Source of the DNA: Eledone cirrhosa
Taxonomy: Eukaryota
NCBI GenBank assembly: GCA_964016885.1
Contig: OZ024740.1
Location: 46,562,001-46,626,000 of the forward strand
Reading direction: 5' to 3'
DNA length: 64,000 bases
Shown piece by piece: positions 30,001-45,348 of this stretch. Numbering within the stretch: the stretch's first letter is position 1; each line of letters begins with the position of its first letter. Position numbers and translations under genes: made by a program. Below the pieces are notes generated by a model. That model saw nothing but the letters and a program-made list of their open reading frames with translations, searched no databases and had not been told where the DNA came from.

Positions 30001-33000
30001 CTCTACTATAGCCACAACCTAGCCTAACAGAATTACAATGTAACCTCTACTATAGCCACAACCCAGTCTAACATAATTACAATGTAACCTCTACTATAGC
30101 CACAACCTAGCCTAACAGAATTACAATGTAACCTCTACTATAGCCACAACCCAGCCTAACAGAATTACAATGTAACCTCTACTATAGCCACAACCCAGTC
30201 TAACAGAATTACAATGTAACCTCTACTATAGCCACAACCCAGTCTAACAGAATTACAATGTAACCTCTACTACAGCCACAACCCAGTCTAACAGAATTAC
30301 AATGTAACCTCTACTATAGCCACAACCCAGTCTAACAGAATTACAATGTAACCTCTACTATAGCCACAACCCAACCTAACAGCAGAATTACAATGTAACC
30401 TCTACTATAGCCACAACCCAGCCTAACAGAATTACAATGTAACCTCTACTATAGCCACAACCCAGTCTAACAGAATTACAATGTAACCTCTACTATAGCC
30501 ACAACCCAGTCTAACAGAATTACAATGTAACCTCTACTATAGCCACAACCCAGTCTAACAGAATTACAATGTAACCTCTACTATAGCCACAACCCAGCCT
30601 AACAGAATTACAATGTAACCTCTACTATAGCCACAACCCAGTCTAGCAGAATTACAATGTAACCTCTACTATAGCCACAACCTAGTCTAACAGAATTACA
30701 ATGTAAACTCTACTATAGCCACAACCTAGCCTAACAGAATTACAATGTTTAACTCTACTATAGCCACAACCTAGCCTAACAGAATTACAATGTAACCTCT
30801 ACTATAGCCACAACCTAGCCTAACAGAATTACAATGTAACCTCTACTATAGCCACAACCTAGCCTAACAGAATTACAATGTAACCTCTACTATAGCCACA
30901 ACCTAGCCTAACAGAATTACAATGTAAACTCTACTATAGTCACAACCCAGTCTAACAGAATTACAATGTAACCTCTACTATAGTCACAACCCAGCCTAAC
31001 AGAATTACAATGTAACCTCTACTATAGCCACAACCTAGCCTAACAGAATTACAATGTAACCTCTACTATAGCCACAACCTAGCCTAACAGAATTACAATG
31101 TAACCTCTACTATAGTCACAACCTAGCCTAACAGAATTACAATGTAACCTCTACTATAGCCACAACCTAGCCTAACAGAATTACAATGTAACCTCTACTA
31201 TAGCCACAACACAGCCTAACAGAATTACAATGTAACCTCTACTATAGCCACAACCCAGCCTAACAGAATTACAATGTAACCTCTACTATAGCCACAACCC
31301 AGCCTAACAGAATTACAATGTAACCTCTACTATAGCCACAACCCAGTCTAACAGAATTACAATGTAACCTCTACTATAGCCACAACCCAGCCTAACAGAA
31401 TTACAATGTAACCTCTACTATAGCCACAATCCAGTCTAACAGAATTACAATGTAACCTCTACTATAGCCACAACCCAGTCTAACAGAATTACAATGTAAC
31501 CTCTACTATAGCCACAACCCAACCTAACAGCAGAATTACAATGTAACCTCTACTATAGCCACAACCCAGTCTAACAGAATTACAATGTAACCTCTACTAT
31601 AGCCACAACCCAGTCTAACAGAATTACAATGTAACCTCTACTATAGCCACAACCCAACCTAACAGCAGAATTATAATGTAACCTCTACTATAGCCACAAC
31701 CCAGCCTAACAGAATTACAATGTAACCTCTACTATAGCCACAACCCAGTCTAACAGAATTACAATGTAACCTCTACTATAGCCACAACCCAGTCTAACAG
31801 AATTACAATGTAACCTCTACTACAGCCACAACCCAGTCTAACAGAATTACAATGTAACCTCTACTATAGCCACAACCCAGTCTAACAGAATTACAATGTA
31901 ACCTCTACTATAGCCACAACCCAACCTAACAGCAGAATTACAATGTAACCTCTACTATAGCCACAACCCAGCCTAACAGAATTACAATGTAACCTCTACT
32001 ATAGCCACAACCCAGTCTAACAGAATTACAATGTAACCTCTACTATAGCCACAACCCAGTCTAACAGAATTACAATGTAACCTCTACTATAGCCACAACC
32101 CAGTCTAACAGAATTACAATGTAACCTCTACTATAGCCACAACCCAGTCTAACAGAATTACAATGTAACCTCTACTATAGCCACAACCCAGCCTAACAGA
32201 ATTACAATGTAACCTCTACTATAGCCACAACCTAGCCTAACAGAATTACAATGTAACCTCTACTATAGTCACAACCCAGTCTAACAGAATTACAATGTAA
32301 CCTCTACTATAGTCACAACCCAGCCTAACAGAATTACAATGTAACCTCTACTATAGCCACAACCCAACCTAACAGCAGAATTACAATGTAACCTCTACTA
32401 TAGCCACAACCCAGCCTAACAGAATTACAATGTAACCTCTACTATAGCCACAACCCAGTCTAACAGAATTACAATGTAACCTCTACTATAGCCACAACCC
32501 AGTCTAACAGAATTACAATGTAACCTCTACTATAGCCACAACCCAGTCTAACAGAATTACAATGTAACCTCTACTATAGCCACAACCCAGTCTAACAGAA
32601 TTACAATGTAACCTCTACTATAGCCACAACCCAGTCTAACAGAATTACAATGTAACCTCTACTATAGCCACAACCCAGCCTAACAGAATTACAATGTAAC
32701 CTCTACTATAGCCACAACCCAGTCTAGCAGAATTACAATGTAACCTCTACTATAGCCACAACCTAGTCTAACAGAATTACAATGTAAACTCTACTATAGC
32801 CACAACCTAGCCTAACAGAATTACAATGTTTAACTCTACTATAGCCACAACCTAGCCTAACAGAATTACAATGTAACCTCTACTATAGCCACAACCTAGC
32901 CTAACAGAATTACAATGTAACCTCTACTATAGCCACAACCTAGCCTAACAGAATTACAATGTAACCTCTACTATAGCCACAACCTAGCCTAACAGAATTA

Positions 33001-36000
33001 CAATGTAAACTCTACTATAGTCACAACCCAGTCTAACAGAATTACAATGTAACCTCTACTATAGTCACAACCCAGCCTAACAGAATTACAATGTAACCTC
33101 TACTATAGCCACAACCTAGCCTAACAGAATTACAATGTAACCTCTACTATAGCCACAACCTAGCCTAACAGAATTACAATGTAACCTCTACTATAGTCAC
33201 AACCTAGCCTAACAGAATTACAATGTAACCTCTACTATAGCCACAACCTAGCCTAACAGAATTACAATGTAACCTCTACTATAGCCACAACACAGCCTAA
33301 CAGAATTACAATGTAACCTCTACTATAGCCACAACCCAGCCTAACAGAATTACAATGTAACCTCTACTATAGCCACAACCCAGCCTAACAGAATTACAAT
33401 GTAACCTCTACTATAGCCACAACCCAGTCTAACAGAATTACAATGTAACCTCTACTATAGCCACAACCCAGCCTAACAGAATTACAATGTAACCTCTACT
33501 ATAGCCACAACCCAGCCTAACAGAATTACAATGTAACCCCTACTATAGCCACAACCCAGTCTAACAGAATTACAATGTAACCTCTACTATAGCCACAACC
33601 CAGTCTAACAGAATTACAATGTAACCTCTACTATAGCCACAACCCAACCTAACAGCAGAATTACAATGTAACCTCTACTATAGCCACAACCCAGCCTAAC
33701 AGAATTACAATGTAACCTCTACTATAGCCACAACCCAGTCTAACAGAATTACAATGTAACCTCTACTATAGCCACAACCCAGTCTAACAGAATTACAATG
33801 TAACCTCTACTATAGCCACAACCCAGTCTAACAGAATTACAATGTAACCTCTACTATAGCCACAACCCAGTCTAACAGAATTACAATGTAACCTCTACTA
33901 TAGCCACAACCCAGTCTAACAGAATTACAATGTAACCTCTACTATAGCCACAACCCAGCCTAACAGAATTACAATGTAACCTCTACTATAGCCACAACCC
34001 AGTCTAACAGAATTACAATGTAACCTCTACTATAGCCACAATCCAGTCTAACAGAATTACAATGTAACCTCTACTATAGCCACAACCCAGTCTAACAGAA
34101 TTACAATGTAACCTCTACTATAGCCACAACCCAACCTAACAGCAGAATTACAATGTAACCTCTACTATAGCCACAACCCAGTCTAACAGAATTACAATGT
34201 AACCTCTACTATAGCCACAACCCAGTCTAACAGAATTACAATGTAACCTCTACTATAGCCACAACCCAACCTAACAGCAGAATTATAATGTAACCTCTAC
34301 TATAGCCACAACCCAGCCTAACAGAATTACAATGTAACCTCTACTATAGCCACAACCCAGTCTAACAGAATTACAATGTAACCTCTACTATAGCCACAAC
34401 CCAGTCTAACAGAATTACAATGTAACCTCTACTACAGCCACAACCCAGTCTAACAGAATTACAATGTAACCTCTACTATAGCCACAACCCAGTCTAACAG
34501 AATTACAATGTAACCTCTACTATAGCCACAACCCAGTCTAACAGAATTACAATGTAACCTCTACTATAGCCACAACCCAGCCTAACAGAATTACAATGTA
34601 ACCTCTACTATAGCCACAACGCAGTCTAGCAGAATTACAATGTAACCTCTACTATAGCCACAACCTAGTCTAACAGAATTACAATGTAAACTCTACTATA
34701 GCCACAACCTAGCCTAACAGAATTACAATGTTTAACTCTACTATAGTCACAACCCAGTCTAATAGAATTACAATGTAACCTCTACTATAGTCACAACCCA
34801 GCCTAACAGAATTACAATGTAACCTCTACTATAGCCACAACCTAGCCTAACAGAATTACAATGTAACCTCTACTATAGCCACAACCTAGCCTAACAGAAT
34901 TACAATGTAACCTCTACTATAGCCACAACCTAGCCTAACAGAATTACAATGTAACCTCTACTATAGCCACAACCTAGCCTAACAGAATTACAATGTAACC
35001 TCTACTATAGCCACAACCTAGCCTAACAGAATTACAATGTAACCTCTACTATAGCCACAACCTAGCCTAACAGAATTACAATGTAACCTCTACTATAGCC
35101 ACAACCTAGCCTAACAGAATTACAATGTAACCTCTACTATAGCCACAACCTAGCCTAACAGAATTACAATGTAAACTCTACTATAGTCACAACCCAGTCT
35201 AACAGAATTACAATGTAACCTCTACTATAGTCACAACCCAGCCTAACAGAATTACAATGTAACCTCTACTATAGCCACAACCTAGCCTAACAGAATTACA
35301 ATGTAACCTCTACTATAGCCACAACCTAGCCTAACAGAATTACAATGTAACCTCTACTATAGTCACAACCTAGCCTAACAGAATTACAATGTAACCTCTA
35401 CTATAGCCACAACCTAGCCTAACAGAATTACAATGTAACCTCTACTATAGCCACAACACAGCCTAACAGAATTACAATGTAACCTCTACTATAGCCACAA
35501 CCCAGCCTAACAGAATTACAATGTAACCTCTACTATAGCCACAACCCAGCCTAACAGAATTACAATGTAACCTCTACTATAGCCACAACCCAGTCTAACA
35601 GAATTACAATGTAACCTCTACTATAGCCACAACCCAGCCTAACAGAATTACAATGTAACCTCTACTATAGCCACAACCCAGCCTAACAGAATTACAATGT
35701 AACCCCTACTATAGCCACAACCCAGTCTAACAGAATTACAATGTAACCTCTACTATAGCCACAACCCAGTCTAACAGAATTACAATGTAACCTCTACTAT
35801 AGCCACAACCCAACCTAACAGCAGAATTACAATGTAACCTCTACTATAGCCACAACCCAGCCTAACAGAATTACAATGTAACCTCTACTATAGCCACAAC
35901 CCAGTCTAACAGAATTACAATGTAACCTCTACTATAGCCACAACCCAGTCTAACAGAATTACAATGTAACCTCTACTATAGCCACAACCCAGTCTAACAG

Positions 36001-39000
36001 AATTACAATGTAACCTCTACTATAGCCACAACCCAGTCTAACAGAATTACAATGTAACCTCTACTATAGCCACAACCCAGTCTAACAGAATTACAATGTA
36101 ACCTCTACTATAGCCACAACCCAGCCTAACAGAATTACAATGTAACCTCTACTATAGCCACAACCCAGTCTAACAGAATTACAATGTAACCTCTACAATA
36201 GCCACAATCCAGTCTAACAGAATTACAATGTAACCTCTACTATAGCCACAACCCAGTCTAACAGAATTACAATGTAACCTCTACTATAGCCACAACCCAA
36301 CCTAACAGCAGAATTACAATGTAACCTCTACTATAGCCACAACCCAGTCTAACAGAATTACAATGTAACCTCTACTATAGCCACAACCCAGCCTAACAGA
36401 ATTACAATGTAACCTCTACTATAGCCACAACCCAGCCTAACAGAATTACAATGTAACCTCTACTATAGCCACAACCCAGTCTATCAGAATTACAATGTAA
36501 CCTCTACTATAGCCACAACCCAGCCTAACAGAATTACAATGTAACCTCTACTATAGCCACAACCTAGCCTAACAGAATTACAATGTAACCTCTACTATAG
36601 CCACAACCCAGTCTAACATAATTACAATGTAACCTCTACTATAGCCACAACCTAGCCTAACAGAATTACAATGTAACCTCTACTATAGCCACAACCCAGC
36701 CTAACAGAATTACAATGTAACCTCTACTATAGCCACAACCCAGTCTAACAGAATTACAATGTAACCTCTACTATAGCCACAACCCAGTCTAACAGAATTA
36801 CAATGTAACCTCTACTACAGCCACAACCCAGTCTAACAGAATTACAATGTAACCTCTACTATAGCCACAACCCAGTCTAACAGAATTACAATGTAACCTC
36901 TACTATAGCCACAACCCAACCTAACAGCAGAATTACAATGTAACCTCTACTATAGCCACAACCCAGCCTAACAGAATTACAATGTAACCTCTACTATAGC
37001 CACAACCCAGTCTAACAGAATTACAATGTAACCTCTACTATAGCCACAACCCAGTCTAACAGAATTACAATGTAACCTCTACTATAGCCACAACCCAGTC
37101 TAACAGAATTACAATGTAACCTCTACTATAGCCACAACCCAGTCTAACAGAATTACAATGTAACCTCTACTATAGCCACAACCCAGCCTAACAGAATTAC
37201 AATGTAACCTCTACTATAGCCACAACCTAGCCTAACAGAATTACAATGTAACCTCTACTATAGTCACAACCCAGTCTAACAGAATTACAATGTAACCTCT
37301 ACTATAGTCACAACCCAGCCTAACAGAATTACAATGTAACCTCTACTATAGCCACAACCCAACCTAACAGCAGAATTACAATGTAACCTCTACTATAGCC
37401 ACAACCCAGCCTAACAGAATTACAATGTAACCTCTACTATAGCCACAACCCAGTCTAACAGAATTACAATGTAACCTCTACTATAGCCACAACCCAGTCT
37501 AACAGAATTACAATGTAACCTCTACTATAGCCACAACCCAGTCTAACAGAATTACAATGTAACCTCTACTATAGCCACAACCCAGCCTAACAGAATTACA
37601 ATGTAACCTCTACTATAGCCACAACCCAGTCTAGCAGAATTACAATGTAACCTCTACTATAGCCACAACCTAGTCTAACAGAATTACAATGTAAACTCTA
37701 CTATAGCCACAACCTAGCCTAACAGAATTACAATGTTTAACTCTACTATAGCCACAACCTAGCCTAACAGAATTATAATGTAACCTCTACTATAGCCACA
37801 ACCTAGCCTAACAGAATTACAATGTAACCTCTACTATAGCCACAACCTAGCCTAACAGAATTACAATGTAACCTCTACTATAGCCACAACCTAGCCTAAC
37901 AGAATTACAATGTAAACTCTACTATAGTCACAACCCAGTCTAACAGAATTACAATGTAACCTCTACTATAGTCACAACCCAGCCTAACAGAATTACAATG
38001 TAACCTCTACTATAGCCACAACCTAGCCTAACAGAATTACAATGTAACCTCTACTATAGCCACAACCTAGCCTAACAGAATTACAATGTAACCTCTACTA
38101 TAGTCACAACCTAGCCTAACAGAATTACAATGTAACCTCTACTATAGCCACAACCTAGCCTAACAGAATTACAATGTAACCTCTACTATAGCCACAACAC
38201 AGCCTAACAGAATTACAATGTAACCTCTACTATAGCCACAACCCAGCCTAACAGAATTACAATGTAACCTCTACTATAGCCACAACCCAGCCTAACAGAA
38301 TTACAATGTAACCTCTACTATAGCCACAACCCAGTCTAACAGAATTACAATGTAACCTCTACTATAGCCACAACCCAGCCTAACAGAATTACAATGTAAC
38401 CTCTACTATAGCCACAATCCAGTCTAACAGAATTACAATGTAACCTCTACTATAGCCACAACCCAGTCTAACAGAATTACAATGTAACCTCTACTATAGC
38501 CACAACCCAACCTAACAGCAGAATTACAATGTAACCTCTACTATAGCCACAACCCAGTCTAACAGAATTACAATGTAACCTCTACTATAGCCACAACCCA
38601 GTCTAACAGAATTACAATGTAACCTCTACTATAGCCACAACCCAACCTAACAGCAGAATTATAATGTAACCTCTACTATAGCCACAACCCAGCCTAACAG
38701 AATTACAATGTAACCTCTACTATAGCCACAACCCAGTCTAACAGAATTACAATGTAACCTCTACTATAGCCACAACCCAGTCTAACAGAATTACAATGTA
38801 ACCTCTACTACAGCCACAACCCAGTCTAACAGAATTACAATGTAACCTCTACTATAGCCACAACCCAGTCTAACAGAATTACAATGTAACCTCTACTATA
38901 GCCACAACCCAACCTAACAGCAGAATTACAATGTAACCTCTACTATAGCCACAACCCAGCCTAACAGAATTACAATGTAACCTCTACTATAGCCACAACC

Positions 39001-42000
39001 CAGTCTAACAGAATTACAATGTAACCTCTACTATAGCCACAACCCAGTCTAACAGAATTACAATGTAACCTCTACTATAGCCACAACCCAGTCTAACAGA
39101 ATTACAATGTAACCTCTACTATAGCCACAACCCAGTCTAACAGAATTACAATGTAACCTCTACTATAGCCACAACCCAGCCTAACAGAATTACAATGTAA
39201 CCTCTACTATAGCCACAACCTAGCCTAACAGAATTACAATGTAACCTCTACTATAGTCACAACCCAGTCTAACAGAATTACAATGTAACCTCTACTATAG
39301 TCACAACCCAGCCTAACAGAATTACAATGTAACCTCTACTATAGCCACAACCCAACCTAACAGCAGAATTACAATGTAACCTCTACTATAGCCACAACCC
39401 AGCCTAACAGAATTACAATGTAACCTCTACTATAGCCACAACCCAGTCTAACAGAATTACAATGTAACCTCTACTATAGCCACGACCCAGTCTAACAGAA
39501 TTACAATGTAACCTCTACTATAGCCACAACCCAGTCTAACAGAATTACAATGTAACCTCTACTATAGCCACAACCCAGTCTAACAGAATTACAATGTAAC
39601 CTCTACTATAGCCACAACCCAGTCTAACAGAATTACAATGTAACCTCTACTATAGCCACAACCCAGCCTAACAGAATTACAATGTAACCTCTACTATAGC
39701 CACAACCCAGTCTAGCAGAATTACAATGTAACCTCTACTATAGCCACAACCTAGTCTAACAGAATTACAATGTAAACTCTACTATAGCCACAACCTAGCC
39801 TAACAGAATTACAATGTTTAACTCTACTATAGCCACAACCTAGCCTAACAGAATTACAATGTAACCTCTACTATAGCCACAACCTAGCCTAACAGAATTA
39901 CAATGTAACCTCTACTATAGCCACAACCTAGCCTAACAGAATTACAATGTAACCTCTACTATAGCCACAACCTAGCCTAACAGAATTACAATGTAAACTC
40001 TACTATAGTCACAACCCAGTCTAACAGAATTACAATGTAACCTCTACTATAGTCACAACCCAGCCTAACAGAATTACAATGTAACCTCTACTATAGCCAC
40101 AACCTAGCCTAACAGAATTACAATGTAACCTCTACTATAGCCACAACCTAGCCTAACAGAATTAAAATGTAACCTCTACTATAGTCACAACCTAGCCTAA
40201 CAGAATTACAATGTAACCTCTACTATAGCCACAACCTAGCCTAACAGAATTACAATGTAACCTCTACTATAGCCACAACACAGCCTAACAGAATTACAAT
40301 GTAACCTCTACTATAGCCACAACCCAGCCTAACAGAATTACAATGTAACCTCTACTATAGCCACAACCCAGCCTAACAGAATTACAATGTAACCTCTACT
40401 ATAGCCACAACTCAGTCTAACAGAATTACAATGTAACCTCTACTATAGCCACAACCCAGTCTAACAGAATTACAATGTAACCTCTACTATAGCCACAACC
40501 CAGTCTAACAGAATTACAATGTAACCTCTACTATAGCCACAACCCAGTCTAACAGAATTACAATGTAACCTCTACTATAGCCACAACCCAACCTAACAGC
40601 AGAATTACAATGTAACCTCTACTATAGCCACAACCCAGCCTAACAGAATTACAATGTAACCTCTACTATAGCCACAACCCAGTCTAACAGAATTACAATG
40701 TAACCTCTACTATAGCCACAACCCAGTCTAACAGAATTACAATGTAACCTCTACTACAGCCACAACCCAGTCTAACAGAATTACAATGTAACCTCTACTA
40801 TAGCCACAACCCAGTCTAACAGAATTACAATGTAACCTCTACTATAGCCACAACCCAACCTAACAGCAGAATTACAATGTAACCTCTACTATAGCCACAA
40901 CCCAGCCTAACAGAATTACAATGTAACCTCTACTATAGCCACAACCCAGTCTAACAGAATTACAATGTAACCTCTACTATAGCCACAACCCAGTCTAACA
41001 GAATTACAATGTAACCTCTACTATAGCCACAACCCAGTCTAACAGAATTACAATGTAACCTCTACTATAGCCACAACCCAGTCTAACAGAATTACAATGT
41101 AACCTCTACTATAGCCACAACCCAGCCTAACAGAATTACAATGTAACCTCTACTATAGCCACAACCTAGCCTAACAGAATTACAATGTAACCTCTACTAT
41201 AGTCACAACCCAGTCTAACAGAATTACAATGTAACCTCTACTATAGTCACAACCCAGCCTAACAGAATTACAATGTAACCTCTACTATAGCCACAACCCA
41301 ACCTAACAGCAGAATTACAATGTAACCTCTACTATAGCCACAACCCAGCCTAACAGAATTACAATGTAACCTCTACTATAGCCACAACCCAGTCTAACAG
41401 AATTACAATGTAACCTCTACTATAGCCACGACCCAGTCTAACAGAATTACAATGTAACCTCTACTATAGCCACAACCCAGTCTAACAGAATTACAATGTA
41501 ACCTCTACTATAGCCACAACCCAGTCTAACAGAATTACAATGTAACCTCTACTATAGCCACAACCCAGTCTAACAGAATTACAATGTAACCTCTACTATA
41601 GCCACAACCCAGCCTAACAGAATTACAATGTAACCTCTACTATAGCCACAACCCAGTCTAGCAGAATTACAATGTAACCTCTACTATAGCCACAACCTAG
41701 TCTAACAGAATTACAATGTAAACTCTACTATAGCCACAACCTAGCCTAACAGAATTACAATGTTTAACTCTACTATAGCCACAACCTAGCCTAACAGAAT
41801 TACAATGTAACCTCTACTATAGCCACAACCTAGCCTAACAGAATTACAATGTAACCTCTACTATAGCCACAACCTAGCCTAACAGAATTACAATGTAACC
41901 TCTACTATAGCCACAACCTAGCCTAACAGAATTACAATGTAAACTCTACTATAGTCACAACCCAGTCTAACAGAATTACAATGTAACCTCTACTATAGTC

Positions 42001-45000
42001 ACAACCCAGCCTAACAGAATTACAATGTAACCTCTACTATAGCCACAACCTAGCCTAACAGAATTACAATGTAACCTCTACTATAGCCACAACCTAGCCT
42101 AACAGAATTAAAATGTAACCTCTACTATAGTCACAACCTAGCCTAACAGAATTACAATGTAACCTCTACTATAGCCACAACCTAGCCTAACAGAATTACA
42201 ATGTAACCTCTACTATAGCCACAACACAGCCTAACAGAATTACAATGTAACCTCTACTATAGCCACAACCCAGCCTAACAGAATTACAATGTAACCTCTA
42301 CTATAGCCACAACCCAGCCTAACAGAATTACAATGTAACCTCTACTATAGCCACAACTCAGTCTAACAGAATTACAATGTAACCTCTACTATAGCCACAA
42401 CCCAGTCTAACAGAATTACAATGTAACCTCTACTATAGCCACAACCCAGTCTAACAGAATTACAATGTAACCTCTACTATAGCCACAACCCAGTCTAACA
42501 GAATTACAATGTAACCTCTACTATAGCCACAACCCAACCTAACAGCAGAATTACAATGTAACCTCTACTATAGCCACAACCCAGCCTAACAGAATTACAA
42601 TGTAACCTCTACTATAGCCACAACCCAGTCTAACAGAATTACAATGTAACCTCTACTATAGCCACAACCCAGTCTAACAGAATTACAATGTAACCTCTAC
42701 TATAGCCACAACCCAGTCTAACAGAATTACAATGTAACCTCTACTATAGCCACAACCCAGTCTAACAGAATTACAATGTAACCTCTACTATAGCCACAAC
42801 CCAGTCTAACAGAATTACAATGTAACCTCTACTATAGCCACAACCCAGCCTAACAGAATTACAATGTAACCTCTACTATAGCCACAACCCAGTCTAACAG
42901 AATTACAATGTAACCTCTACTATAGCCACAACCCAGTCTAACAGAATTACAATGTAACCTCTACTATAGCCACAACCCAGTCTAACAGAATTACAATGTA
43001 ACCTCTACTATAGCCACAACCCAGTCTAACAGAATTACAATGTAACCTCTACTATAGCCACAACCCAACCTAACAGCAGAATTACAATGTAACCTCTACT
43101 ATAGCCACAACCCAGCCTAACAGAATTACAATGTAACCTCTACTATAGCCACAACCCAGTCTAACAGAATTACAATGTAACCTCTACTATAGCCACAACC
43201 CAGTCTAACAGAATTACAATGTAACCTCTACTATAGCCACAACCCAGTCTAACAGAATTACAATGTAACCTCTACTATAGCCACAACCCAGTCTAACAGA
43301 ATTACAATGTAACCTCTACTATAGCCACAACCCAGTCTAACAGAATTACAATGTAACCTCTACTATAGCCACAACCCAGCCTAACAGAATTACAATGTAA
43401 CCTCTACTATAGCCACAACCCAGTCTAACAGAATTACAATGTAACCTCTACTATAGCCACAATCCAGTCTAACAGAATTACAATGTAACCTCTACTATAG
43501 CCACAACCCAGTCTAACAGAATTACAATGTAACCTCTACTATAGCCACAACCCAACCTAACAGCAGAATTACAATGTAACCTCTACTATAGCCACAACCC
43601 AGTCTAACAGAATTACAATGTAACCTCTACTATAGCCACAACCCAGTCTAACAGAATTACAATGTAACCTCTACTATAGCCACAACCCAACCTAACAGCA
43701 GAATTATAATGTAACCTCTACTATAGCCACAACCCAGCCTAACAGAATTACAATGTAACCTCTACTATAGCCACAACCCAGTCTAACAGAATTACAATGT
43801 AACCTCTACTATAGCCACAACCCAGTCTAACAGAATTACAATGTAACCTCTACTACAGCCACAACCCAGTCTAACAGAATTACAATGTAACCTCTACTAT
43901 AGCCACAACCCAGTCTAACAGAATTACAATGTAACCTCTACTATAGCCACAACCCAACCTAACAGCAGAATTACAATGTAACCTCTACTATAGCCACAAC
44001 CCAGCCTAACAGAATTACAATGTAACCTCTACTATAGCCACAACCCAGTCTAACAGAATTACAATGTAACCTCTACTATAGCCACAACCCAGTCTAACAG
44101 AATTACAATGTAACCTCTACTATAGCCACAACCCAGTCTAACAGAATTACAATGTAACCTCTACTATAGCCACAACCCAGTCTAACAGAATTACAATGTA
44201 ACCTCTACTATAGCCACAACCCAGCCTAACAGAATTACAATGTAACCTCTACTATAGCCACAACCTAGCCTAACAGAATTACAATGTAACCTCTACTATA
44301 GTCACAACCCAGTCTAACAGAATTACAATGTAACCTCTACTATAGTCACAACCCAGCCTAACAGAATTACAATGTAACCTCTACTATAGCCACAACCCAA
44401 CCTAACAGCAGAATTACAATGTAACCTCTACTATAGCCACAACCCAGCCTAACAGAATTACAATGTAACCTCTACTATAGCCACAACCCAGTCTAACAGA
44501 ATTACAATGTAACCTCTACTATAGCCACAACCCAGTCTAACAGAATTACAATGTAACCTCTACTATAGCCACAACCCAGTCTAACAGAATTACAATGTAA
44601 CCTCTACTATAGCCACAACCCAGTCTAACAGAATTACAATGTAACCTCTACTATAGCCACAACCCAGTCTAACAGAATTACAATGTAACCTCTACTATAG
44701 CCACAACCCAGCCTAACAGAATTACAATGTAACCTCTACTATAGCCACAACCCAGTCTAGCAGAATTACAATGTAACCTCTACTATAGCCACAACCTAGT
44801 CTAACAGAATTACAATGTAAACTCTACTATAGCCACAACCTAGCCTAACAGAATTACAATGTTTAACTCTACTATAGTCACAACCCAGTCTAACAGAATT
44901 ACAATGTAACCTCTAGTATAGTCACAACCCAGCCTAACAGAATTACAATGTAACCTCTACTATAGCCACAACCTAGCCTAACAGAATTACAATGTAACCT

Positions 45001-45347
45001 CTACTATAGCCACAACCTAGCCTAACAGAATTACAATGTAACCTCTACTATAGCCACAACCTAGCCTAACAGAATTACAATGTAACCTCTACTATAGCCA
45101 CAACCTAGCCTAACAGAATTACAATGTAACCTCTACTATAGCCACAACCTAGCCTAACAGAATTACAATGTAACCTCTACTATAGCCACAACCTAGCCTA
45201 ACAGAATTACAATGTAACCTCTACTATAGCCACAACCTAGCCTAAAAGAATTACAATGTAACCTCTACTATAGCCACAACCTAGCCTAACAGAATTACAA
45301 TGTAAACTCTACTATAGTCACAACCCAGTCTAACAGAATTACAATGT
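1..45347 (+). repeat. Tandem satellite array, 44-bp monomer, left arm (~1,030 copies; continues beyond window start)
   Basis: Uninterrupted head-to-tail repeats of cagaattacaatgtaacctctactatagccacaacc(c/t)ag(t/c)ctaa; the first monomer spans 1-44. There are three common end variants (ccagtctaa, ccagcctaa, ctagcctaa) plus 45-, 46- and 47-bp indel variants. The arm stops at ...cagaattacaatgt (45347). Confidence 0.99.
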
Positions 45348-45348
45348 T

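Noticed and set aside
1-45347. Coding tandem repeat or true telomeric tract
   Set aside because: The 44-bp period is not a multiple of 3 and is full of stop codons, the ORF track shows nothing there, and no pure run of a 5-6 bp telomeric unit exists.
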